A DNA stretch of 64,000 nucleotides from an uncultured Actinomycetota bacterium (lineage in GTDB: Bacteria > Actinomycetota > Actinomycetes > Mycobacteriales > Mycobacteriaceae), in NCBI GenBank assembly GCA_963755805.1, contig CAVWLG010000024.1:1029-65028 (forward strand). The letters are read 5' to 3'. The first letter of the stretch is position 1. Each line of letters begins with the position of its first letter. The position numbers and the translations under genes are program-made. This document shows, in pieces, positions 53,671 through 64,000 of this stretch. The notes beneath the pieces were generated by a model that did no database searches, was not told the origin of the DNA, and saw nothing but the letters and a program-made list of their open reading frames with translations.

Positions 53671-54564
53671 ATGACCACCCTGGAGATCGTGCACACCGGA
53701 CCGCTGGCGCTCGTTCAAGACCTCGGGCGGGTCGGGCTCGCCCACCTGGGCGTCACCCGGTCCGGAGCCGCCGACCGGGCTGCCCACACCCTGGCCAACC
53801 GACTGGTGGCCAACCCCGACGACCGCGCCACCATTGAGCTGATCATGGGCGGATTCGCTGCGCGAGTCCGTGGCGGCGACATCGACATCGCGGTCACCGG
53901 CGCCGACGCTCGTGCGACGGTGGGCTCAACGGAATTCGGCGCCAACAGCATTCAGCACGTCTGCGACGGCGAACTGATCGCCCTGGGCATTCCACAGTCT
54001 GGGCTGCGCAGCTACTTGGCGGTGCGTGGCGGTATCGAGGTGGCACCGGTGCTCGGCTCGCGGAGCCACGACGTCCTGTCGGGGATCGGGCCGGCGCCGC
54101 TGCAACCCGGCGACGTGCTGCCGATCGCGGACCACACCGAGCGATACCCCGAACTCGACCAGGCTCCGGTCGCGCCGATCGCCGACCGGCTCGTCGAACT
54201 CACGGTGGTGCCCGGTCCACGCGACGACTGGATCGCCGATGCCGACGCCCTGGTGCACACCGTCTGGGTGGCCTCCGACCGCAGCGACCGGGTGGGCATG
54301 CGGCTGCAGGGGCTCCCGCTCGCGCACCGCAACCCGGGCCGTCAACTGCCCAGCGAGGGCGCGACCCGTGGCGCGATCCAGGTGCCGCCCAACGGATTAC
54401 CGGTCATCCTCGGCCCCGACCATCCGGTCACCGGCGGCTACCCCGTCATCGGCGTGATCGCCGACCACGATATCGACAAGGTGGCTCAGGTGCGACCCGG
54501 CCAGCAGGTGCGACTGCGTTGGTCACGCCCCCGAGCAGTAGCGGCGGACCCGCCGACCTGGTAG
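53671..54564 (+). CDS. pxpC: 5-oxoprolinase subunit C / allophanate hydrolase subunit 2 (Rv0263c-like)
   Basis: [44 protein letters not shown]. Confidence 0.88.
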   Translation: MTTLEIVHTGPLALVQDLGRVGLAHLGVTRSGAADRAAHTLANRLVANPDDRATIELIMGGFAARVRGGDIDIAVTGADARATVGSTEFGANSIQHVCDGELIALGIPQSGLRSYLAVRGGIEVAPVLGSRSHDVLSGIGPAPLQPGDVLPIADHTERYPELDQAPVAPIADRLVELTVVPGPRDDWIADADALVHTVWVASDRSDRVGMRLQGLPLAHRNPGRQLPSEGATRGAIQVPPNGLPVILGPDHPVTGGYPVIGVIADHDIDKVAQVRPGQQVRLRWSRPRAVAADPPTW

Positions 54565-55119
<555 letters not shown>

Positions 55120-55134
55120 ACGCGCCAACCGGGA

Positions 55135-55172
55135 GCAACGCCGCGGAAATTGGCCGGTAACGCCGACGACAT
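55135..55172 (+). promoter_or_regulatory. Tandem GlnR boxes upstream of nnaR
   Basis: GCAAC-N6-GAAAT-N6-GTAAC-N6-GACAT, 11-bp spacing matching GTnAC-n6-GAnAC. Confidence 0.6.
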
Positions 55173-55194
55173 TCCGTTGGCATACACACTTCAT

Positions 55195-56334
55195 ATGAAC
55201 CAGCCCGAGGAGCCGTCGCTTGCCGGCTACCGGGTGGCCGTCACAGCGGCGCGGCGCGCCCGCGAGCTGTCCACCATGCTGCGGCGCCACGGCGCTACAG
55301 TGGCCAGCGCCCCGGCAATCACTATGATCGCCTTGTCTGGCGATGACCAATTACGCTCCAGCACAGAAGCATTGATCGACAGCCCGCCGGACATCGTGAT
55401 AGTCACGACCGGCATCGGGCTGCGCGGCTGGCTGGCCGCCGCCGGCGAGTGGGGCCTGGCCGAGCGATTGACCGCAGCGCTTGCCCAAGCCCGCATCGTG
55501 GCTCGCGGACCGAAGGCCACCGGCGCAATACGCGGTGCGGGACTGCGCGAGGAGTGGTCCCCGGAGTCCGAGTCCTCCCGTGACATCTCGCAGTACTTGC
55601 GCGAATCCGGCATCAGCGGCTGTCGCATCGCCGTGCAGATGCACGGTGCCACCGATGACTGGGACCCGTTTCCAGAGTTCCTCGACGAGTTGCGTTCCGC
55701 GCAGGCCGACGTCATCCCGATCCGGGTGTACCGATGGAAGCCGGCGCCGGCCGGCGGCGAGTTCGACCAGTTGATCCAGGGGATCGCCCATCGCGAGTTT
55801 CACGCAGTGAGCTTCACGTCGGCGCCAGCGGTCGCCGCAACATTGATGCGCGCCGCCGATCTCCGGATCTCGGGCCAACTGCTCGACGCGTTGCGCTCCG
55901 ATGTGCGGGCGATGTGCGTGGGCCCGGTGACCGCGGCACCACTACTGCGACTGGGCGTTCCGGCCTCATGGCCGGATCGCATGCGATTGGGCGCGCTGGC
56001 CCGCCACATCGTCGACGAGTTACCTGGACTGCACACCCTGCGCGCAGCGGGTCACCGGATCGAGATCCGCGGTTCCACCGTGACGGTCGACGACACCGTG
56101 CAGTCCCTTTCACCGGCGACGATGGCGATCCTGCGTGCGCTGGCACTGCGCCCGGGATCCGTCGTCGCGCGCAGCGAACTGCTCCGTGCCCTGCCGGGCA
56201 GTGCCGCCGACCCGCATGCAGTGGACACCGCCGTACTTCGATTGCGAAAAGCGCTGGGCGACAGAAACATTGTCGTCACTGTGGTCAAACGCGGCTACCG
56301 GCTGGCGATCGACGAAACCTCCGGAGCGGCTTAG
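55195..56334 (+). CDS. nnaR: NnaR: HemD-like domain plus OmpR-type winged HTH (Rv0260c-like)
   Basis: LAGYRVAVTAARR, TTGIG, ARGPKA, FTSAP, CVGPVTA; C-terminal HAVDTAVLRLRKALG...VVKRGYRL. Confidence 0.88.
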   Translation: MNQPEEPSLAGYRVAVTAARRARELSTMLRRHGATVASAPAITMIALSGDDQLRSSTEALIDSPPDIVIVTTGIGLRGWLAAAGEWGLAERLTAALAQARIVARGPKATGAIRGAGLREEWSPESESSRDISQYLRESGISGCRIAVQMHGATDDWDPFPEFLDELRSAQADVIPIRVYRWKPAPAGGEFDQLIQGIAHREFHAVSFTSAPAVAATLMRAADLRISGQLLDALRSDVRAMCVGPVTAAPLLRLGVPASWPDRMRLGALARHIVDELPGLHTLRAAGHRIEIRGSTVTVDDTVQSLSPATMAILRALALRPGSVVARSELLRALPGSAADPHAVDTAVLRLRKALGDRNIVVTVVKRGYRLAIDETSGAA

Positions 56335-56352
56335 TTCGCCGGGATTCTTCGG

Positions 56353-56868
56353 TCAGTCAAACGCCTGCCCGACATCGACACCGGCGACCCGGAGCAAATT
56401 GACGACTTTACGGTCGAGGCCCTCGCCGACCTTGGACACCTCGTCGATGCCGAGACTGCCGAATGCCGGACCTGGCTGGTCCATCGTGAATATCGCGTTA
56501 CCATCGCCGTCGGTGTAGACCAGCATCCGCAGCGGCGCGTACAACAACGCCTTCGGGTCGTGGCGGAACATCGTCTCAGCGATGACGTGGTTGCCGATCA
56601 GATATTCGATCGCCCGGGTGCGATGCCCTGCGAGACTGAACAATTCGGTCGTATCAATCTTGGCGTAGACCATCAATTCGTTGGGCGCGTTCTTCGCCGC
56701 CGTCGCAAGAACGTCATCCCAATCGCCACCAGATTCTGCGATCTTCGCAAAGGCCGCTCGATCGACCGGCGGTGCCGCCTTCTCCAACGCGGCGACGAAC
56801 TGATCGAAGGGCACGCCGGTGGCGATGTCGACGCGGGTCATCTCGTGCTGTTCACGGTGGAAGGACAT
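56353..56868 (-). CDS. DUF302-like protein
   Basis: EYLIGNHVIAETMFRHDPKALLYAPLRMLVY pattern. Confidence 0.75.
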   Translation of the reverse strand: MSFHREQHEMTRVDIATGVPFDQFVAALEKAAPPVDRAAFAKIAESGGDWDDVLATAAKNAPNELMVYAKIDTTELFSLAGHRTRAIEYLIGNHVIAETMFRHDPKALLYAPLRMLVYTDGDGNAIFTMDQPGPAFGSLGIDEVSKVGEGLDRKVVNLLRVAGVDVGQAFD

Positions 56869-56886
56869 CAGATTCGACTTTCCGTT

Positions 56887-56937
56887 GGTTCATTGACCGA
56901 ACTTTCAACTCGAAGTATATGGTTCGGTGAACGAACC
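56887..56937. promoter_or_regulatory. Two GGTTC-N7-GAAC[C/T] palindromes, putative HxlR-family operators
   Basis: ggttcattgaccgaact (56887-903) and ggttcggtgaacgaacc (56921-37) between divergent genes. Confidence 0.6.
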
Positions 56938-56958
56938 TGCAAGGGTAAGATCGGCTAC

Positions 56959-57486
56959 GTGGCCCTCCCCCGTGAATACACCGACGAGATCTGTCCGATC
57001 GCCCGATCTCTTGAGATCGTCGGCGAACGCTGGACATTGCTCGTGGTCCGCGACGCCTTCTACGGGGTTCGCCGGTTCAGCGACTTCCGCGCCCACCTCA
57101 ATATCCCAAAAGCCGTTCTAGCCGAACGCCTTTCGCTCTTAGTCAACGAAGAAGTTCTGGTCAAGGAGGCGGGTGGCCGCGGTCGCGAGGAATACACGCT
57201 CAGCCCGAAGGGACGGCGACTGTGGCCGGCAATATGGTCGCTGGTCAGCTGGGGCAACGAGAACTACGTCGACCGATCGCAACGGCGCACCTACCGGCAC
57301 GCGGACTGCGGGGGTGAGATCGGGGCGGACCGCGTGTGCGGACGGTGCCGACGAGTTCCCGACGTCGCCGACCTCGTCTTGCACCCGCCGCGCCGACCAC
57401 GCGATCACGACGACGCAGTGAGCATGGTGTTGCGCCAACCGCACCGAATGTTGGAGCCGATCTACCCGGATAGCCGCCACGCGTGA
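56959..57486 (+). CDS. HxlR/DUF24 family winged-helix regulator
   Basis: CPIARSLEIVGERWTLLVVRDAFYGVRRFSDF, EYTLSPKG, C-terminal HADCG...C..C. Confidence 0.9.
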   Translation: MALPREYTDEICPIARSLEIVGERWTLLVVRDAFYGVRRFSDFRAHLNIPKAVLAERLSLLVNEEVLVKEAGGRGREEYTLSPKGRRLWPAIWSLVSWGNENYVDRSQRRTYRHADCGGEIGADRVCGRCRRVPDVADLVLHPPRRPRDHDDAVSMVLRQPHRMLEPIYPDSRHA

Positions 57487-57548
57487 TCTGTCTCACGCTC
57501 GGGCCGTCCGCTGGATAGTATGGGAGGTGCGTTGTGATCCATGACACC
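57482..57548. promoter_or_regulatory. CRP-binding sites upstream of the Rv0250c-sdh1 operon
   Basis: CGTGA-tctgtc-TCACG (57482-97) and weaker TGTGA-tccatg-ACACC (57533-48). Confidence 0.65.
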
Positions 57549-57568
57549 TTCGGCCCCAGGGAGATCCG

Positions 57569-57865
57569 TTGTCCACCACTACCGAACTGGCCGAACTGCA
57601 CGACCTCATCGGCGGCTTGCGGCGGTGCGTGAGCACGCTCAAGGCGCGCTACGGCGACAGCCCCGCGATGCGTCGCATCGTGATTGACGCCGACCGCATC
57701 CTCGGCGACGTCGAATTACTTGACACCGATGTTTCCGAATTCGACTTAATGCGCGCTACGGTGCAGCAATCCGGCGAAAAGATCGCCATTCCCGACACCG
57801 ATTACGACCGCGATTTTTGGCGCGACGTCGACCATGAGGGAGTCGGGGGTCACAACAGGTCCTAA
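57569..57865 (+). CDS. Conserved protein Rv0250c-like (Sdh1 operon)
   Basis: MSTTTELAELHDLIGGLRRCV...KIAIPDTDYDRDFWRDVDHEGVGG; TTG start. Confidence 0.88.
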   Translation: MSTTTELAELHDLIGGLRRCVSTLKARYGDSPAMRRIVIDADRILGDVELLDTDVSEFDLMRATVQQSGEKIAIPDTDYDRDFWRDVDHEGVGGHNRS

Positions 57866-57941
57866 TTTCAGCCCCGCCGCGAATCTTTGGGGCGTCTCTG
57901 GGTACTCTTCGACCAACAGCCCGTTCGAAGAGGAACAATTG

Positions 57942-58772
57942 ATGAGCGCACCAACGGCGAACCATCCTGCGTCCGGTGTCTTTTCACCCACGCGCGCCCG
58001 CATCCAGCAACGGACGCTACGCACCGACCGGTGGTGGCTTTCGCCGCTGCGGATCGATCTGGGCTTCGCCGCATTCGTCATTTATGCGACAGTGCGGGCC
58101 TTCCTGCAGAACAACTACTTCGTTCCCCAGTACCACTACCTGACGCCGTTCTACTCGCCGTGCGTGAGCCAGGGATGCATCAAGGAAGCCAGCGATTTCT
58201 GGCCGCAGCTCCTGCCGGACGTGTGGTGGCTGCCGTACGCGGCGCTGACGTTGCCGTTCCTGCTGCTGTTCCGGCTGACCTGCTACTACTATCGCGGCGC
58301 CTACTACCGGACGGTGTGGCAGTCACCTACCGCCTGTGGGGTGGCCGAGCCCCGCGTGCACTACACCGGTGAGACCAAGTTTCCGCTGATCGTCCAGAAC
58401 ACCCACCGGTACTTCTTCTACGCGGCCGGCATCATCTCGGTGATCAACAGCTACGACGCGATTGTCGCGTTCCACTCCGACCACGGGCCGGGTGGCTTCG
58501 GTTTCGGCTTGGGCAACCTGATCCTGCTGGGCAACGTGATCATGTTGTGGGTCTACACACTGTCCTGCCACTCGTGCCGGCACGTCACCGGTGGGCGACT
58601 CAAGCACTTCTCCAAACACCCTGTGCGGTACTGGATCTGGACTCAGGTAAGTCACCTCAACACCCGGCACAAGATGTACGCCTGGATCACTCTGGGCACC
58701 TTGATGCTCACCGACTTCTACATTGCGCTGGTGGCCAGCGGCACCATTTCCGACCTGAGATTTATTGGCTGA
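57942..58772 (+). CDS. Succinate dehydrogenase 1 membrane anchor (Rv0249c-like)
   Basis: RTLRTDRWW, FRLTCYYYR, YTLSCHSCRH, LNTRH; precedes the flavoprotein. Confidence 0.92.
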   Translation: MSAPTANHPASGVFSPTRARIQQRTLRTDRWWLSPLRIDLGFAAFVIYATVRAFLQNNYFVPQYHYLTPFYSPCVSQGCIKEASDFWPQLLPDVWWLPYAALTLPFLLLFRLTCYYYRGAYYRTVWQSPTACGVAEPRVHYTGETKFPLIVQNTHRYFFYAAGIISVINSYDAIVAFHSDHGPGGFGFGLGNLILLGNVIMLWVYTLSCHSCRHVTGGRLKHFSKHPVRYWIWTQVSHLNTRHKMYAWITLGTLMLTDFYIALVASGTISDLRFIG

Positions 58773-58814
58773 AAAGCCATTTCAGAATTACCGAAATAGC
58801 TGAGCGAGGATTTC

Positions 58815-60731
58815 ATGACTGAGGTCGAACGGCACTCCTACGACGTGGTCGTCATCGGTGCCGGCGGCGCAGGTTTGCGCGCGGTCATCGAGGCGCGGGA
58901 ACGTGGCCTGAAGGTTGCGGTGGTGTCCAAGTCGTTGTTCGGCAAGGCCCACACGGTGATGGCCGAGGGTGGCTGCGCGGCAGCGATGGGTAACACCAAC
59001 CCGAAAGACAACTGGAAGACCCACTTCGGCGACACCATGCGCGGCGGGAAGTTCCTGAACAACTGGCGGATGGCCGAACTGCACGCGAAGGAAGCACCCG
59101 ACCGGGTGTGGGAGCTGGAGACCTACGGCGCGCTGTTCGACCGCCTCAAGGACGGCAAGATCAGCCAGCGCAACTTCGGCGGGCACACCTACCCGCGGCT
59201 GGCGCACGTCGGTGACCGCACCGGCCTGGAGCTCATCCGCACGATGCAGCAGAAGATTGTCTCGCTGCAGCAGGAAGACCACGCCGAGCTCGGCGACTAC
59301 GAAGCCCGCATCAAGGTGTACGCCGAAACCACGATCACCGAGCTGATCAAGGACGGGGACGCGATCTCCGGAGCCTTCGGCTACGTGCGCGAAACCGGCA
59401 AGTTCATCTTGTTCGAGGCCCCGGCCGTGGTGCTGGCCACCGGCGGTATCGGCAAGTCGTTCAAGGTCACCTCGAACTCCTGGGAGTACACCGGCGACGG
59501 CCACGCGCTGGCGCTGCGGGCCGGCGCGACGCTGATCAACATGGAGTTCGTCCAGTTCCACCCGACCGGCATGGTCTGGCCGCCCAGCGTGAAGGGCATC
59601 CTGGTCACCGAAGGCGTGCGTGGTGACGGTGGGGTATTAAAAAATTCGGAGAACTCCCGCTTCATGTTCGGCTACATCCCGGCGGTGTTCAAAGGCCAGT
59701 ACGCCGAAAGCGAGCAAGAGGCCGACGACTGGCTCAAGGACAACGACTCGGCTCGTCGGACTCCCGACCTGTTGCCCCGTGATGAGGTTGCCCGCGCAAT
59801 CAACTCCGAAGTCAAGGCCGGTCGCGGTACCCCGCACGGCGGCGTCTACCTCGACATCGCCTCGCGGCTGACGCCCGAGCAGATCAAGAAGCGGCTCCCC
59901 TCGATGTACCACCAGTTCAAGGAGCTGGCCGGCGTCGACATCACCAAGGAGCCGATGGAAGTCGGACCCACCTGCCACTACGTGATGGGCGGCGTCGAGG
60001 TGGACGCCGACACCGGTGCCGCCACCGTTCCCGGGCTGTTCGCCGCGGGTGAATGCTCCGGCGGTATGCACGGCTCCAACCGTCTGGGCGGAAACTCGTT
60101 GAGCGACCTGCTGGTGTTCGGTCGTCGAGCCGGCCTGGGCGCTGCCGACTACGTCCGAGCCCTGGACAGCCGACCGAAGGTCGCGGAGGACGCCGTCGAC
60201 ACCGCCGCCAAGCGGGCGCTGGCTCCCTTCGAGACCCCGACGAACGGCGCCGCCGCGGAGAACCCGTACACGTTGCAGCTGGAGCTGCAGCAGTCGATGA
60301 ACGACCTGGTCGGCATCATCCGCAAGTCCGAAGAGATCACCGAGGCGCTGTCTCGGCTCGACCAACTCCGCGAGCGGTTCAAGCACATCCACGTCGAGGG
60401 CGACCGCAGATACAACCCCGGCTGGAACCTGGCGCTCGACATGCGCAACCTGCTGCTGGTCAGCGAATGCGTCGCCAAAGCGGCCCTGGAGCGCACCGAA
60501 AGCCGTGGCGGCCACACCCGCGATGACCACCCCGGCATGGACTCCTCGTGGCGCAAGGTGCTGCTGGTCTGCAGCGCCTCGGGCGACGACCCGATCGTCC
60601 CCGACGTCACCGTCACCCACAAAGACCAGATCCCGATGCGGCCCGACCTGCTCGAGGCGTTTGAGGTCTCGGAGTTGGAGAAGTACTACACCGAGGAAGA
60701 GCTCGCGGACCACCCAGGACGGAGAAGCTGA
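58815..60731 (+). CDS. sdhA: Succinate dehydrogenase 1 flavoprotein subunit (Rv0248c-like)
   Basis: IGAGGAG, HTVMAEGG, QFHPTG, HYVMGG, HGSNRLGGNSL, ESRGGH. Confidence 0.96.
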   Translation: MTEVERHSYDVVVIGAGGAGLRAVIEARERGLKVAVVSKSLFGKAHTVMAEGGCAAAMGNTNPKDNWKTHFGDTMRGGKFLNNWRMAELHAKEAPDRVWELETYGALFDRLKDGKISQRNFGGHTYPRLAHVGDRTGLELIRTMQQKIVSLQQEDHAELGDYEARIKVYAETTITELIKDGDAISGAFGYVRETGKFILFEAPAVVLATGGIGKSFKVTSNSWEYTGDGHALALRAGATLINMEFVQFHPTGMVWPPSVKGILVTEGVRGDGGVLKNSENSRFMFGYIPAVFKGQYAESEQEADDWLKDNDSARRTPDLLPRDEVARAINSEVKAGRGTPHGGVYLDIASRLTPEQIKKRLPSMYHQFKELAGVDITKEPMEVGPTCHYVMGGVEVDADTGAATVPGLFAAGECSGGMHGSNRLGGNSLSDLLVFGRRAGLGAADYVRALDSRPKVAEDAVDTAAKRALAPFETPTNGAAAENPYTLQLELQQSMNDLVGIIRKSEEITEALSRLDQLRERFKHIHVEGDRRYNPGWNLALDMRNLLLVSECVAKAALERTESRGGHTRDDHPGMDSSWRKVLLVCSASGDDPIVPDVTVTHKDQIPMRPDLLEAFEVSELEKYYTEEELADHPGRRS

Positions 60732-61477
60732 TGACCCACGACGCAACTTTGCGCGTATGGCGTGGCGACGAGGCCGGCGGCGCCTTAGAGGACTACACCG
60801 TCGAGGTCAACGAGGGCGAAGTGGTGCTCGACATCATCCACCGCCTGCAGCAGACCCAGACGCCCGACCTGGCGGTCCGGTGGAACTGCAAGGCCGGCAA
60901 GTGCGGCTCGTGCTCGGCTGAGGTCAACGGCAAGCCCCGGCTGATGTGCATGACGCGGATGTCGACCTTCGCCGACGACGAAGTGGTGACCGTGACGCCG
61001 ATCCGGACGTTCCCGGTGATCCGCGACCTGGTGACCGATGTGTCCTTCAATTACGAAAAGGCGCGGGAAATCCCGTCATTCGCGCCGCCGAAGGACCTGC
61101 AGCCCGGCGAGTACCGGATGCAGCAGGAGGATGTCGAGCGTTCGCAGGAGTTCCGCAAGTGCATCGAGTGCTTCCTGTGTAACAACGTCTGCCACGTGAT
61201 CCGTGACCACGAGGAGAACAAAGAAAGCTTCGCCGGTCCGCGGTACCTGATGCGGATCGCGGAGTTGGAGATGCATCCGCTGGACACCCGCGACCGGCGC
61301 GACGAGGCCCAAGAGGAGCACGGGCTCGGCTACTGCAACATCACCAAGTGCTGCACCGAGGTCTGCCCCGAGGGCATTCACATCACCGACAACGCGCTGA
61401 TTCCGATGAAGGAACGCGTCGCCGATCGCAAGTACGACCCGGTCGTCTGGCTGGGCAACAAGCTTTTCCGTCGGTAG
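60731..61477 (+). CDS. sdhB: Succinate dehydrogenase 1 Fe-S subunit (Rv0247c-like)
   Basis: CKAGKCGSC...C, CIECFLCNNVC and CNITKCCTEVCP cluster motifs. Confidence 0.96.
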   Translation: MTHDATLRVWRGDEAGGALEDYTVEVNEGEVVLDIIHRLQQTQTPDLAVRWNCKAGKCGSCSAEVNGKPRLMCMTRMSTFADDEVVTVTPIRTFPVIRDLVTDVSFNYEKAREIPSFAPPKDLQPGEYRMQQEDVERSQEFRKCIECFLCNNVCHVIRDHEENKESFAGPRYLMRIAELEMHPLDTRDRRDEAQEEHGLGYCNITKCCTEVCPEGIHITDNALIPMKERVADRKYDPVVWLGNKLFRR

Positions 61478-61492
61478 AGCGTCGTCAGCAGG

Positions 61493-61987
<495 letters not shown>

Positions 61988-62020
61988 TCACTCGCGTAGA
62001 CGGGATTTCGTAAAAAGACC

Positions 62021-63032
62021 CTACCTGTCGGGCGTTACATCTTTTGCGCTGCCCGTCACGTAGCCGTGCGCGGCTGCGACATCCGGATGGGCCCGCAGCC
62101 TGCTCTTCCAGGCATTGCGGCCGTACAGCGAGAAGATCGGGTCGGAGGGGTCCGCGCGCGGCTCGGCCTGCTGCGCCAGTTCGGCGGGCAACGGCAGCGT
62201 CGGGATCTGCGCGTCCAGTCGCGGGTTGAAGAAGTAGGGCACCGAAATGCGGTCCGCCGATTGACGCAGATTCACCCGGTGCTCGGTCGCGCGCAGATAG
62301 CCACCGGTCGCCAACTCCAACAGCTCGCCGATGTTGACGATGAACGCGCCGTCCCGCGCGGGCACGTCGACCCAGCTACCGTCGCGGTCCACGCACCTGC
62401 AACCCCGCACCCGGCTCGGCGAGCAGCAGCGTCAGCACTCCGGAATCCCGGTGCGCGCCGACGCCCTGCGAGCTGGCCGCGACCGCCGGATAGTGCACGA
62501 CTTTGATCAGGGTCGCCGGCGTCGAGTCGAACGCGGCGTCGAAGATGTCCGCCGGACTGCCCAGCGCCACCGCCCAGTGCCGCAGCAAGCTGCGGGACAC
62601 CGCCGCCAGGGCCGCGTCCCATTCGCCGATGATGCCTGGCAGCTCCGGCAGTCCCGCGGGCCACTGATTGGGCCCCTGCAGCCACAGATAATCAGGTCTG
62701 CCCGGACCGCCGATCGGCTCGCGCTCCGGGCCGATGTCGATCTGCTCGCGCCAGTCCACCTCGCCCTGGGTCAGTTCGCCGCCCAGCCGGGTGTAGCCGC
62801 GGAAGTGCGGACTGCGGATCATGGCAACCGCGTCCTTGTCCGCCTGCGGCAACGCGAATAGCTGTCGCGCCGCCGCCAACACCCGCCGGGTGAGCGACTC
62901 GGGTACCTGGTGTCCGGTCAGATAGAAGAAACCGACCTCGTGGGCGACCTCGCGCAGGCGTGTCCGCAGTTGGCCGGCGGGGTGGCAAAGGTCCACTTCC
63001 GGCACCGCGGTGACGCTTGCCACAGTAGTCAC
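62021..63032 (-). CDS. 2OG-Fe(II) oxygenase, isopenicillin N synthase family (frameshift near 62390)
   Basis: GFFYLTGH, HRDSG (HxD), FIVNIGE, ATEHRV, RISVPYF (RxS). Confidence 0.92.
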
Positions 63033-63142
63033 CTATCCATCATCACCGCAGGTGAAGCAGTACGCTAGGGTCCTGATCAGCGCGAATCCAACTAGTTGGT
63101 TGATTAGCCGATGAAATTTAGCTCACAGTCGGTTGCGAAGGA

Positions 63143-63184
63143 TATACCGATGGGTATAACTTAGGCGCGTTACTGGTGGGTAAC
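63143..63184. promoter_or_regulatory. Two TAC-N6-GTA palindromes upstream of fadE5 (possible FdmR/TetR operators)
   Basis: tataccgatgggtata (63143-58) and gttactggtgggtaac (63169-84). Confidence 0.5.
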
Positions 63185-63233
63185 TTAGCCCAAGTACCCA
63201 ACCGTTATGTGGCGTTCTCATCGAGGAGGAATA

Positions 63234-64000
63234 GTGAGCCACTACAAGAGCAATGTCCGCGACCAGGTATTCAACCTGTTTGAGGTCTTCGGCATTGACA
63301 AAGCCTTCGGCGAAGGCGAATACACCGACCTGGACGTCGAGACCGCTCGCGAGATGCTCGCCGAGATGAGCCGGCTGGCCGAAGGTCCAGTCGCCGAGTC
63401 ATTCGTCGACACAGACCGCAATCCCCCGGCGTTCGACCCCGAGACCCACTCCGTGTCACTGCCCGAGTCATTCAAGAAGTCGGTTCACGCGGTCGCTCGA
63501 AGGCGGCTGGGACAAGGTCGGCATCGACGAGGAACTCGGTGGCATGCCGATGCCCAAGGCGATGGTCTGGTCGCTGCACGAGCACCTGCTGGGCGCCAAC
63601 CCCGCGGTGTGGATGTACGGCGGCGGCGCCGGTTTCGCCAGCATCTTCTACCACCAGGCCACCGAAGAGCAGAAGAAGTGGGCCATCATCGCCGCTGAGC
63701 GCGGCTGGGGTTCGACCATGGTGCTCACCGAGCCGGACGCCGGCTCGGATGTCGGCGCCGGCCGCACCAAGGCCGTCCAGCAGGACGACGGCTCGTGGCA
63801 CATCGACGGGGTGAAGCGATTCATCACCTCCGCCGACTCCGATGACCTGTTCGAGAACATCTTCCACTTGGTGCTGGCCCGCCCCGAGGGCGCCGGACCC
63901 GGCACCAAGGGACTGTCGCTGTTCTTCGTGCCGAAGTTCCTGTTCGACTTCGAGACCGGCGAGCCCGGCGAGCGCAACGGCGTCTTCGTCACCAACGTCG
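63234..64000 (+). CDS. fadE5: Acyl-CoA dehydrogenase FadE5 (5' part, runs off the window; frameshift near 63495)
   Basis: [51 protein letters not shown]. Confidence 0.92.

Overview
High-GC mycobacterial (non-tuberculous Mycobacterium) chromosomal window. By my recall of the M. tuberculosis H37Rv proteins it is collinear, in reverse orientation, with roughly Rv0313 to Rv0244c. It holds a complete ESX-3 type VII secretion locus (eccA3-eccB3-eccC3-PE5-PPE4-esxG-esxH-espG3-eccD3-mycP3-eccE3) with IdeR and Zur boxes. Also present: sulfatase-stf0, fadE6, fadD2, a LigD-Pol-like gene, fecB2, pxpB/pxpC, aac(2'), nnaR, the Sdh1 operon and the start of fadE5. Accessory material includes a two-P450 cluster, a cutinase, a PknH-like Ser/Thr kinase, a dual-FHA Rv1747-like ABC transporter and a small island between fadE6 and fadD2. 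Many genes in the first ~41 kb carry 1-bp indels that look like sequencing or assembly errors. The most notable observations are three. (1) A ~250-nt, lower-GC, highly base-paired non-coding segment lies directly downstream of a DUF222-HNH nuclease gene that has a PafBC-type DNA-damage promoter, a candidate nuclease-associated RNA. (2) An espM-whiB6 regulatory pair, normally at ESX-1, sits near ESX-3 with a recognisable EspM-like operator. (3) An in-frame deletion removes most of the Rv0273c/EtbR repressor while its putative operator remains. Orthology calls rest on recognition of sequences and gene order, not on database searches.
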